Of a stretch of 63,842 nt of DNA, positions 53,404 to 61,154 are shown piece after piece. Positions within the stretch are counted from its first letter, which is position 1. Each line of letters opens with the position of its first letter. The position numbers were made by a program, and so were the translations under genes. This DNA is from a virus. Location of the stretch: positions 1 through 63,842 of IMG/VR virus record IMGVR_UViG_3300009960_000001. The stretch is one strand, 5' to 3'. A model generated the notes under the pieces. The model was not told the origin of the DNA, searched no databases, and was given only the letters and a program-made list of their open reading frames with translations.

Positions 53404-55341
53404 ATGGTTAGGAATTGCTACGATATATGTAAGGATAAGCTAGGAGACCACTATGACTTTGATGGAGGCGGAGGAGGTCCGGGAGGACTATATCAGTGCC
53501 TTACGTCAGACCACTATGTGAGACTGTATGATGGCTCTTATACTTCTGTGAAAAATCTACAGAAGGGTGACCGGCTTTCAACAGGTAATACTGTTCTCAG
53601 TAACAAGCCTATGCGTAAAAAAGTATTCACCATGAATACTACACAGGGTAAGTTTACTGTGACAGAAGACCATAAAGTATTCCTCTTATCTGGTGGATTT
53701 AAGGAAGCTAGAAACCTAGTATTTGGAGAAAAGCTTGTTACAGACTTAACTGGTGAGACAGATAAGGATAAGCTAGACGCTCTTAAAAATCACATATACA
53801 GTGGAGATAAAGTCGAGCTCCTAAATCTCCAGCGCATGTGCCATATCACAGGTTGGTACACTTATCTTACAAGAAAAGGCTCTGGCTGGTTACTTGTTAT
53901 AGATAAGACAAAATCCCCCTGTGTCAGATTTATTTCCTTTGAGGATACTTATTCTGAGGATACTGTATATGTGCTAGAGGTGTCAGGTGATAGAAGTTAT
54001 TTTGCTGATAATCTTCTACATCACAACTGCTATGACCTCGCTAACTACGTTGCCAGCTTCTTCGGAACTAGGCTTGTAGGACCAGTCGCCGCCACTATCG
54101 TATATGATAATCCTCAGCTTTACAGACTTGCTCTTGTTAAGGCCTATGATGGTCAGCTAGAAACTGGAGATATGATTATCTTCGGACCTGTGGCTTATAA
54201 CTCAGCAGGGCACGTAGCCTTTTATGGTCACGGTGACCAGACAAGCGCTACCTGTATAGACCAAAATCACCCTGCATGGAGTGGAGTTACTGAGCACACC
54301 TTTAACTTGTTACCATTGAACCCTACACATATTGTAAGGTTTTATAATCAAGAAGGGTACTCAGCAGGAGGACAGTCTTCTAATAATCAGCCGGGAACTA
54401 TTTCTGGAAATGATACTACAAAGACCAAGACAAGGACCTATCAGTTCTGGGAGGTCACCTGTGATGAGACTGAGGTACTAAAGGAGAAAGATGGTGAGTT
54501 TATTGAAAAGACTTTCCAATGTTCCAAGTACACAGGGCTGGAAGATGGTGACTGGATAAAGATTGACCGCTGGGATGGCTCAGCTGGTTATATCCGTAAA
54601 TCCTGTGCTAAACGAAGAGAAGACCTTGACGTAGTAGTAACTACTAAGAAAGACGCTTCTGTGACTAATGACTTACCTTCTGGTACTGCTAACTATGACG
54701 GTGGGGACATTTCCTATGGAGGATATGTACTTACCAAGGATAAGATAAGCGCAATGGCTTCCGCCTGTGCCAAGTATGGAATTTGGCTTCCCGGATTTAT
54801 CTGTCAGACATATCTGGAAACTAACTGGGGACAATCTCCCGGAGCTTCCTATGCAGGTCCTGAGAATAACTGGGGAGGTCTTACATGGACTGGAAACCCT
54901 CAGCGTGAGTCAGGTGTTGTAGTATCACAAGGAGCTCCACGGGCAGAAGGTGGTTACTACATGAAGTTTGCAAGTCTCAAAGATTACTTTGAAGACCACT
55001 GTAACCTCATTTCAGACCGTATCGGAGGAGCAGACGCATTATATCACGCAAACAACAAATATGATATTGAAAGCTTCACAAGAGGACTATTCAGACCTGT
55101 GGCTAAGTACGATTACGCTGCTGTCGGTCTAGGAGCTTATATAGCTCAAATGAGTAGTATCTACAATGGAATGAAGCCTCAGCTTGATGAAGTGATGGGA
55201 CATATTAAGGAGGGTGAGCCTTTGCCTACCGCACCAAATACTACCAAACCTACTATACCAAGCAGTTCAATACCAAAACCTAAGCTACCACCGCTTAAGA
55301 CAGGAAATAAAGCAACTGACCGACGCTCTCGTTGGATTTAA
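53404..55341 (+). CDS. Tail-associated peptidoglycan hydrolase: CHAP (interrupted by an intein), SH3-like domain, GH73-type glucosaminidase
   Basis: After intein removal: GGLYQ-CYDLANYV...AGHVAFYGHG...IDQNH (CHAP Cys/His/Asn). C-terminal FICQTYLETNWGQSP...NNWGGLTW (glucosaminidase-like). Confidence 0.7.
   Translation: MVRNCYDICKDKLGDHYDFDGGGGGPGGLYQCLTSDHYVRLYDGSYTSVKNLQKGDRLSTGNTVLSNKPMRKKVFTMNTTQGKFTVTEDHKVFLLSGGFKEARNLVFGEKLVTDLTGETDKDKLDALKNHIYSGDKVELLNLQRMCHITGWYTYLTRKGSGWLLVIDKTKSPCVRFISFEDTYSEDTVYVLEVSGDRSYFADNLLHHNCYDLANYVASFFGTRLVGPVAATIVYDNPQLYRLALVKAYDGQLETGDMIIFGPVAYNSAGHVAFYGHGDQTSATCIDQNHPAWSGVTEHTFNLLPLNPTHIVRFYNQEGYSAGGQSSNNQPGTISGNDTTKTKTRTYQFWEVTCDETEVLKEKDGEFIEKTFQCSKYTGLEDGDWIKIDRWDGSAGYIRKSCAKRREDLDVVVTTKKDASVTNDLPSGTANYDGGDISYGGYVLTKDKISAMASACAKYGIWLPGFICQTYLETNWGQSPGASYAGPENNWGGLTWTGNPQRESGVVVSQGAPRAEGGYYMKFASLKDYFEDHCNLISDRIGGADALYHANNKYDIESFTRGLFRPVAKYDYAAVGLGAYIAQMSSIYNGMKPQLDEVMGHIKEGEPLPTAPNTTKPTIPSSSIPKPKLPPLKTGNKATDRRSRWI
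53497..54027 (+). mobile_element. Mini-intein (177 aa) inserted at the CHAP catalytic cysteine
   Basis: Begins CLTSDHYVRLYDGS, contains block B TEDH, ends VYVLEVSGDRSYFADNLLHHN followed by Cys+1 (TGC 54028-54030). No endonuclease motifs. Confidence 0.8.
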
Positions 55342-55350
55342 GGAGGAAAC

Positions 55351-55827
55351 ATGGCGTATAAGCTACCAAAAGAAGACCAGCTGTGTGGAGTTATCTATAA
55401 CACATACAAAGGTTACAAGCCTATCCCCAAGGCTACTTGCCCTGCTAATTCAGGAGGGTGTGGGGATAACATTAAAGTAGTTCTCAACTGTGGTAAAGAA
55501 CCTAAGCAGAACGCATTACCTGAGTATTACACAGATGGCACTATCCGTGCTTATGTGCAAGAAAAGGCAGGGCATAATGAACACCCTGTGCATTTCAAGA
55601 GTGATACACCGATGGCTAATCCTCTTGTGATTGACCCTAAACAGTTCACACGAAGTGATGACCAGCCCGGAAATCTTTACAAGGACTTTATTCAGGTGAA
55701 TGGATACACCCATGTGAAAGCTGGTGGAGGTCAGTTTACTCAGCTTAACTCAGATGGTACATTCTCTGTGTCTTATGAGTCAGTTGATAACAAAGTAGCT
55801 ATTGTAGAATTTGGAAAGATTGATTGA
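55351..55827 (+). CDS. Hypothetical late protein
   Basis: 158 aa with an AAGGAGG RBS. Confidence 0.55.
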   Translation: MAYKLPKEDQLCGVIYNTYKGYKPIPKATCPANSGGCGDNIKVVLNCGKEPKQNALPEYYTDGTIRAYVQEKAGHNEHPVHFKSDTPMANPLVIDPKQFTRSDDQPGNLYKDFIQVNGYTHVKAGGGQFTQLNSDGTFSVSYESVDNKVAIVEFGKID

Positions 55828-55837
55828 GGAGTAAATT

Positions 55838-56392
55838 ATGTCAGATAAGATTGTAAATGTATATGTAGGTGAGTGCTTCCAAGATGGAGGTCAAGCTAGT
55901 GGAGAAGGTAAAACTTATGGACTGTCACTCTCTGGTAATAAGCTAAAGCTAGTAGAGAATGGACAGCAAAGTGAGGTTGTACTACCTACTACAGACGGTG
56001 GTGTTGATAATGACAATAACTTTTTCAAGTTATTTGCTCAAACACAATTTGACTTGTCTACTTGTTTCTATTCATGGGGGGAAGACGCTGTAGCTGTTGT
56101 TATTATTAACCATGACCCTGGTTCTACTCAGTATGTCCATATTATGGGGGATAGTATCCGTCCTAGTATTGATAAGACTTCTATCGATATTACTTATTTC
56201 CTAGATAAAGATGGAGGAGCATTAGGCCAAACCACTACTTCCAGAGATACAAAACTTAGAGAAGATGGTTATGAGGTTGTCTGGGAGGGTGTTGTTCTTC
56301 AAGATACACCTTTAACTACTAATATACTTGATATTTCAAAAGTACGTGTTGGAATAAAATATCTTAAGTTAGAAATCAGACCTAAGGGGTAA
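55838..56392 (+). CDS. Hypothetical late protein
   Basis: 184-aa ORF. Confidence 0.55.
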   Translation: MSDKIVNVYVGECFQDGGQASGEGKTYGLSLSGNKLKLVENGQQSEVVLPTTDGGVDNDNNFFKLFAQTQFDLSTCFYSWGEDAVAVVIINHDPGSTQYVHIMGDSIRPSIDKTSIDITYFLDKDGGALGQTTTSRDTKLREDGYEVVWEGVVLQDTPLTTNILDISKVRVGIKYLKLEIRPKG

Positions 56393-56395
56393 CCA

Positions 56396-56752
56396 ATGAA
56401 TAACCAATGGATTGACAATATTCTTAGCAGACAGGAAGTTATAACCTCTGTGACCCTAGTAATCACAACGTTATGTACCTTCCTTGTGACTAAACTAGCA
56501 CAGAAGACAAAAGAGGCAGAAGCTCACCAAGAGGCTCAGGAGGAAATGGCTAGAAGCAATAAGCGCTCAGCCCTTAGAAATGAATACCTTCAAATCTATA
56601 ACTCAACTGAGTTCTCTTGGGAACAGAAGTACCACTTAACTCGTGAAATTATCACATCATACTATGCTCTTAATGGAAATCACTACATTCATGAGCTAGA
56701 TGAAAGACTTTACTATAAGAAAGAGGAAGAAGTAAATGAACCTAACGAATAA
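56396..56752 (+). CDS. Holin-like / lysis accessory membrane protein
   Basis: 118 aa with one N-terminal TM segment (VITSVTLVITTLCTFLVTKL) and a charged C-terminus. Upstream of the holin and endolysin. Confidence 0.5.
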   Translation: MNNQWIDNILSRQEVITSVTLVITTLCTFLVTKLAQKTKEAEAHQEAQEEMARSNKRSALRNEYLQIYNSTEFSWEQKYHLTREIITSYYALNGNHYIHELDERLYYKKEEEVNEPNE

Positions 56753-56966
56753 ACAATATGACATTGCTAAACGCATTATCACAGTAGTTATCCCAGCGTT
56801 TATCACGTTGCTAACTGCGCTAGGAGGTATCTATAAATTTGACCCCTCTGTTGCTATCGGTACTATTTCCGCTATCACTGTGTTTGCAGGTGTGGTTCTT
56901 GGTATCTCAAGTAATAACTATGCGAAAAATCAGGAAGAAACAGAAACAAAACAAGGAGAACAGTAA
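56736..56966 (+). CDS. Holin (LL-H/phi-LC3-type)
   Basis: 76 aa: KQYDIAKRIITVVIPAFITLLTALGGIY, a second TM segment and a charged tail. Immediately upstream of the endolysin. Confidence 0.7.
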   Translation: MNLTNKQYDIAKRIITVVIPAFITLLTALGGIYKFDPSVAIGTISAITVFAGVVLGISSNNYAKNQEETETKQGEQ

Positions 56967-58363
56967 TGGCGATTAGTTACCAAGACTTTAAGAACAAAAC
57001 GCTTGGTAATGGCTATGATGTAGACGGTTACTTCCAATTTCAGTGCTGGGATTTCTATGCACAGTTCTGTATAGAGAATGGAGTTCCTTATGCTAACTGC
57101 ACTGTGTCAGGTTTTGTAAAGGACCTGTGGGAACAACGTCACAGTAATGGTATCCTTAACTACTTTGATGAAGTAAGTATCCTACAGCCGGGTGACCTTG
57201 TAATATTCAGGGAACACCCTTGGACTCCTTACTCTCATGTGGCTATCTTTGATAGTGACATTGACGGTGTGTATGGAATGTTCCTAGGACAAAACCAAGG
57301 ACCAGACAGTAGCCTAGATAGAGGCGGTGTTGCTTCTCTTGTGAGACTTCCTTATGAAGCTACCTTTGATACAGCCTTCCGTCTTAAGCTGGGAGTCGGT
57401 AATCAGGCTAACCAAGCCACACAGACAAGCTCTGGTGGTGGACGAGGCTTCGTAAATGGAGCTCCGGGACTTAAGAAGGACGAATACTTCTTAGATGTAT
57501 CAGCCTACCAATCAGCAGACCTCACAGCTATTACACAGCAGGCAGGCACTAACAAGACCATTATCAAGGTAAGTGAGCACACTACCTACCTGTCAGATGT
57601 TAGACAAGCTCAGGCTGACACCTCTGTGCCTATTGGTTATTACCACTTTGCACGATTTGGAGGTGATGTAGGGCAAGCTCTTGCAGAAGCTAACTTCTTC
57701 CTGAGCAACCTACCTAGCAAGCCTGTGAACTATCTGGTCTGTGATTATGAGGATAATGCTAGTGGAGACGTAGAAGCCAATACACAGGCTATCTTAGCCT
57801 TCATGGACGCATGTGCTGGTAAAGGCTATCAGCCTATCTATTACTCATACAAGCCATATACTTTAGCTAACGTAAACTACAAAGCTATCCTAGCTAAATA
57901 TCCTAACTCTCTGTGGATTGCAGCGTATCCTAACTATGAGGTAACACCTACTCCTGTGTGGGAAGTGTATCCTACCATGGAAGGTATCCGCTGGTGGCAG
58001 TTCACTAGTACAGGTATTGCTGGTGGCTTAGATAAAAACATTGCTATTCTTAGTGATGATATTGCAAACAATCAATTTGAAGAAGAGGAAGACGAAATGA
58101 CAAACTATGTAATCCGAAGCAATTCAGGTAAGCAGGGCTACCTTGCTATTACTAACGGAATTGTTTGGGGAATTGGAGACATTAAGACAGTAGGTGAGCT
58201 TCAAAATGCTAAGCATGTGCACCTCAACCTACCAGACGGAGACTTTGACCGTTTCATTAACGCACAGAAGTCTGATGATGTGACGCAAGAGGCTATCGCA
58301 AAAGCTATCGAAGACGCTAACAAGAGCCTTACCGAAGTTATTGCAGGTGAGCCTAAGGAATAG
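56966..58363 (+). CDS. Endolysin: CHAP + GH25 muramidase + C-terminal binding domain
   Basis: CHAP motifs FQFQCWDF and YSHVAIF. GH25 motifs FLDVSAYQ and GYYHFARF. This architecture is known from streptococcal phage lysins. Confidence 0.8.
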   Translation: MAISYQDFKNKTLGNGYDVDGYFQFQCWDFYAQFCIENGVPYANCTVSGFVKDLWEQRHSNGILNYFDEVSILQPGDLVIFREHPWTPYSHVAIFDSDIDGVYGMFLGQNQGPDSSLDRGGVASLVRLPYEATFDTAFRLKLGVGNQANQATQTSSGGGRGFVNGAPGLKKDEYFLDVSAYQSADLTAITQQAGTNKTIIKVSEHTTYLSDVRQAQADTSVPIGYYHFARFGGDVGQALAEANFFLSNLPSKPVNYLVCDYEDNASGDVEANTQAILAFMDACAGKGYQPIYYSYKPYTLANVNYKAILAKYPNSLWIAAYPNYEVTPTPVWEVYPTMEGIRWWQFTSTGIAGGLDKNIAILSDDIANNQFEEEEDEMTNYVIRSNSGKQGYLAITNGIVWGIGDIKTVGELQNAKHVHLNLPDGDFDRFINAQKSDDVTQEAIAKAIEDANKSLTEVIAGEPKE

Positions 58364-58375
58364 ACCCTAGGGGTT

Positions 58376-58410
58376 GAGGAGGGAATATGTAAATGTTTCC
58401 TCTTCTTTTT
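58376..58410 (+). terminator. Rho-independent terminator after the lysis cassette
   Basis: 10-bp stem GAGGAGGGAA / TTTCCTCTTC (two G.U pairs), 10-nt loop, T5 run. It ends 13 nt before ATG 58424. Confidence 0.55.
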
Positions 58411-58423
58411 AGTAGGAGGAGTT

Positions 58424-60667
58424 ATGTCCAATAAAAATATACCCTGTGTATTTCCAGACCCTATGTGTCCTCCTAAAGAAGACGGCACTAAGTGGACTGA
58501 GCAGGAATTGGCTAAGAGTGAGCAATTACTTGAGGCATATAAGGTAGACCTGTGTAAATGGATTGATGAGAAGTGTAACTACAACGGAGGTATTACTCCT
58601 GAGGAAAAGGCTGAGTATGAGCGCAAGCTACTTGCCTACAACAATGCCTTAGCCCGTTACAAAGAGCTCATTGAGAAATATGAAACCTACCTAATTAACA
58701 AGTCTGAATATGATAAAAAACTAGCCTCCTATACTAAGGAGCGTAATGCTATTCAGGCTGAGATTGCCCGTATTGAAGCAGAAAACGCTGAGCGTACCAA
58801 GCGTAATCAGGCTAAGCAAGATAAGTACACAGCTGATAAGGCTCAGTATGACAAGGACATTGTTGTCTATCGTCAGAAGAAGCGTGAATATGATGAGGCT
58901 GTTGACCCTGAGCGTAGACGTAGGCTTGAGAATGAAGCTCTACAGCAAGCGCTAGACCGTGTGCAACGAACTACACGTATGAATGTATTCACCTACGGCT
59001 CTAGTACAGCTGGAGGTGCTTATACTCATGTAAGCTCAAACGGTAACAACTTTGAAGTACAATGGCGCATGGTAAACACAGGGCGTATCGTAGGTACTGG
59101 TACTGTCCGTGGTAATGTAGAATACCGCTTTGTTAGACGGGAAGATAGAATTGAGGCTTACATTGTAGCCTACACTATCCAGTCTGTGCAATATCAGATG
59201 AACCCTAATGACACTTGGGCTTCTGCTGGAGCTGTGTTTACAATTAATAATCACCAAGGACAGCCTATCTGGTCAAGGAGCTATGACCCTTATCAGAGCT
59301 TCTCAGATACACCAAACCGACGGGTGGTTATGGAGCGACAAACACCTATCTACCAAACAGGACAGCCTGACGGTCAGGTAGTTATCTTCTCTACCTATGA
59401 CTCATGGATTGCAGAGCCTACCTCAGGTAGCTTGAATGTGAACTTTACTATGGACCGCCTTGATGTCCAAGTACCTCATATCCCAATCCCACCTAAGCCA
59501 GAAGAGCCCAAAGAGCCTCCTAGACCAGTGCTAGAGCCTCAGCTCCCTGTGCCTAGTTTGCCTAATAATCCTCCACAAGAGCCTCCTAGGGTTGATAAGC
59601 CTGACAAACCGGGAGAACCTCCTGTGCCTCCTACTCCTAGACCTCTTAGACCAAGACCTAAGCGTCCTTGTAAGAAGTGTAATGAGTGTGAGGAATGTGA
59701 GAATATCGGTAGAGGACCTGATGTCTGTGAAGACCTTAAGGCTATTGCACAGGAGCGTTTCCAACGTGCTGGGGTACATGAGCTTAGGAATAAATACGTA
59801 GTGAACCTACCTAATGTTATCAGACGCTCAGCCTATGGACTCTGGTGTGTTACTAAGAACATTATCAATCAGCTCTGCCATGTAGGTGAAGAGTTTGAGT
59901 GCTTACGTGAGCAAACAGACCATCTACGCAAAGAGCAAATGTGTATCCAGAACGCACAGCAGGCTTCCTGTGAGCGTTTAGCTAAGATAGCTAAGAATAA
60001 CTATGACATAGGCAATAATGTGCGAAATAGGCTCATTCAGAAGCTCAGAGACGACGCTCAGAAGAAGTCCATTGAGATTGCTAACCAGACAGTCCGAATG
60101 AACATGTTTCCTAGGGGCTCACAAGCAGGCTCAGGTACTTATACAAGAGTATCCACCTCAGGCACTAACTTTACCATTGAGTGGAACATGGTAGGAGGAG
60201 CTGTAATTGGTAATGGTAGCATTAATGGAACAGTAGAGCGTGAGTTCAGGCTTAATACAACCACAGGGTATGTAGAGGCTTTCCTAAAGGCTGTTACTAT
60301 CACCTCTGTGAGATATGAGCCTACAGGCGCTATGACAGGGGCTTCTACAGCTACCATGGCTGTGTTTGACGGAGCAGGCAATCAGGTTTACTATAAAGCC
60401 TATGACCCATTCCGTTCCTTTAATGAAAGCCCTAACCGTAGAATTGAGTACAATAGAACAGTACCGCTACAGACCACAGGCTCTACTGGAGGCTCTGTGC
60501 ACGTACTTTCTACTCGTGATACTTGGCTTTATGACCCTACCTATGGACAGCTAGAGGTGAACTTCACAAGGGATAATCTTATTCCTATCGATATTCCTCC
60601 TGTGCCAGATATTCCTAAGGTAGAGATTGATTGTGGAAGTTGTGAGGTGAAAGAATTTGACTGTTAA
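58424..60667 (+). CDS. AgI/II-like fibrous protein with internally duplicated globular domain
   Basis: Tyr-periodic helical repeats (YERKLLAYNNALARYKEL...AENAERTKRNQAKQDKYTADKAQYDKD), a ~155-aa domain, a Pro-rich tract, a Cys/helix module, and a second copy of the domain. Confidence 0.7.
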   Translation: MSNKNIPCVFPDPMCPPKEDGTKWTEQELAKSEQLLEAYKVDLCKWIDEKCNYNGGITPEEKAEYERKLLAYNNALARYKELIEKYETYLINKSEYDKKLASYTKERNAIQAEIARIEAENAERTKRNQAKQDKYTADKAQYDKDIVVYRQKKREYDEAVDPERRRRLENEALQQALDRVQRTTRMNVFTYGSSTAGGAYTHVSSNGNNFEVQWRMVNTGRIVGTGTVRGNVEYRFVRREDRIEAYIVAYTIQSVQYQMNPNDTWASAGAVFTINNHQGQPIWSRSYDPYQSFSDTPNRRVVMERQTPIYQTGQPDGQVVIFSTYDSWIAEPTSGSLNVNFTMDRLDVQVPHIPIPPKPEEPKEPPRPVLEPQLPVPSLPNNPPQEPPRVDKPDKPGEPPVPPTPRPLRPRPKRPCKKCNECEECENIGRGPDVCEDLKAIAQERFQRAGVHELRNKYVVNLPNVIRRSAYGLWCVTKNIINQLCHVGEEFECLREQTDHLRKEQMCIQNAQQASCERLAKIAKNNYDIGNNVRNRLIQKLRDDAQKKSIEIANQTVRMNMFPRGSQAGSGTYTRVSTSGTNFTIEWNMVGGAVIGNGSINGTVEREFRLNTTTGYVEAFLKAVTITSVRYEPTGAMTGASTATMAVFDGAGNQVYYKAYDPFRSFNESPNRRIEYNRTVPLQTTGSTGGSVHVLSTRDTWLYDPTYGQLEVNFTRDNLIPIDIPPVPDIPKVEIDCGSCEVKEFDC

Positions 60668-61154
60668 GGAATGTAGTTCCTGTGGAGATAAGTGTGGGCA
60701 CTTCATATGTCAGGCAAGAAAGTATGCCTCGTGTGATTGCCCTACTATCACTCCGGGAAGAGACGCATGTAACGCTTTACATGACCTAAATGATAATAAG
60801 ATTAAGCTAATGGCACAGCGGAATGAGTCCCTATTAGCCTGTGATATTCCTAAGTTCTTAGGTAGGCTGTTCAGGGGTATCTCCTGTGTCTACAAGAATA
60901 TGATATTGCAACTATGCTGGATTATTAAGAATATTTGCTGTATCTACTCACGTACTAAAGTTATTGATGAAAATAACAAATGTATCAACCAGAAGCAAGA
61001 GAAAATGGTTCAGGGAATGAAAGACCTGCAAGCTCAGATGAATAAAATTCTTGAGCTTTATAATCAGTATGCCACAACTAAGATTGTGGTAGCTGACAGC
61101 TCTTTTGAGGGACTTGTAGCCACTCTTGAAGCACTACCAGAGGAGGAGCTTTAA
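60657..61154 (+). CDS. Cysteine-rich protein carrying the shared Cys/helix module
   Basis: TTG start behind a GAGGTG RBS. CSSCGDKCGHFICQARKYASCDC...FLGRLFRGISCVYKNMILQLCWIIKNICC. Confidence 0.55.
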   Translation: MTVKECSSCGDKCGHFICQARKYASCDCPTITPGRDACNALHDLNDNKIKLMAQRNESLLACDIPKFLGRLFRGISCVYKNMILQLCWIIKNICCIYSRTKVIDENNKCINQKQEKMVQGMKDLQAQMNKILELYNQYATTKIVVADSSFEGLVATLEALPEEEL

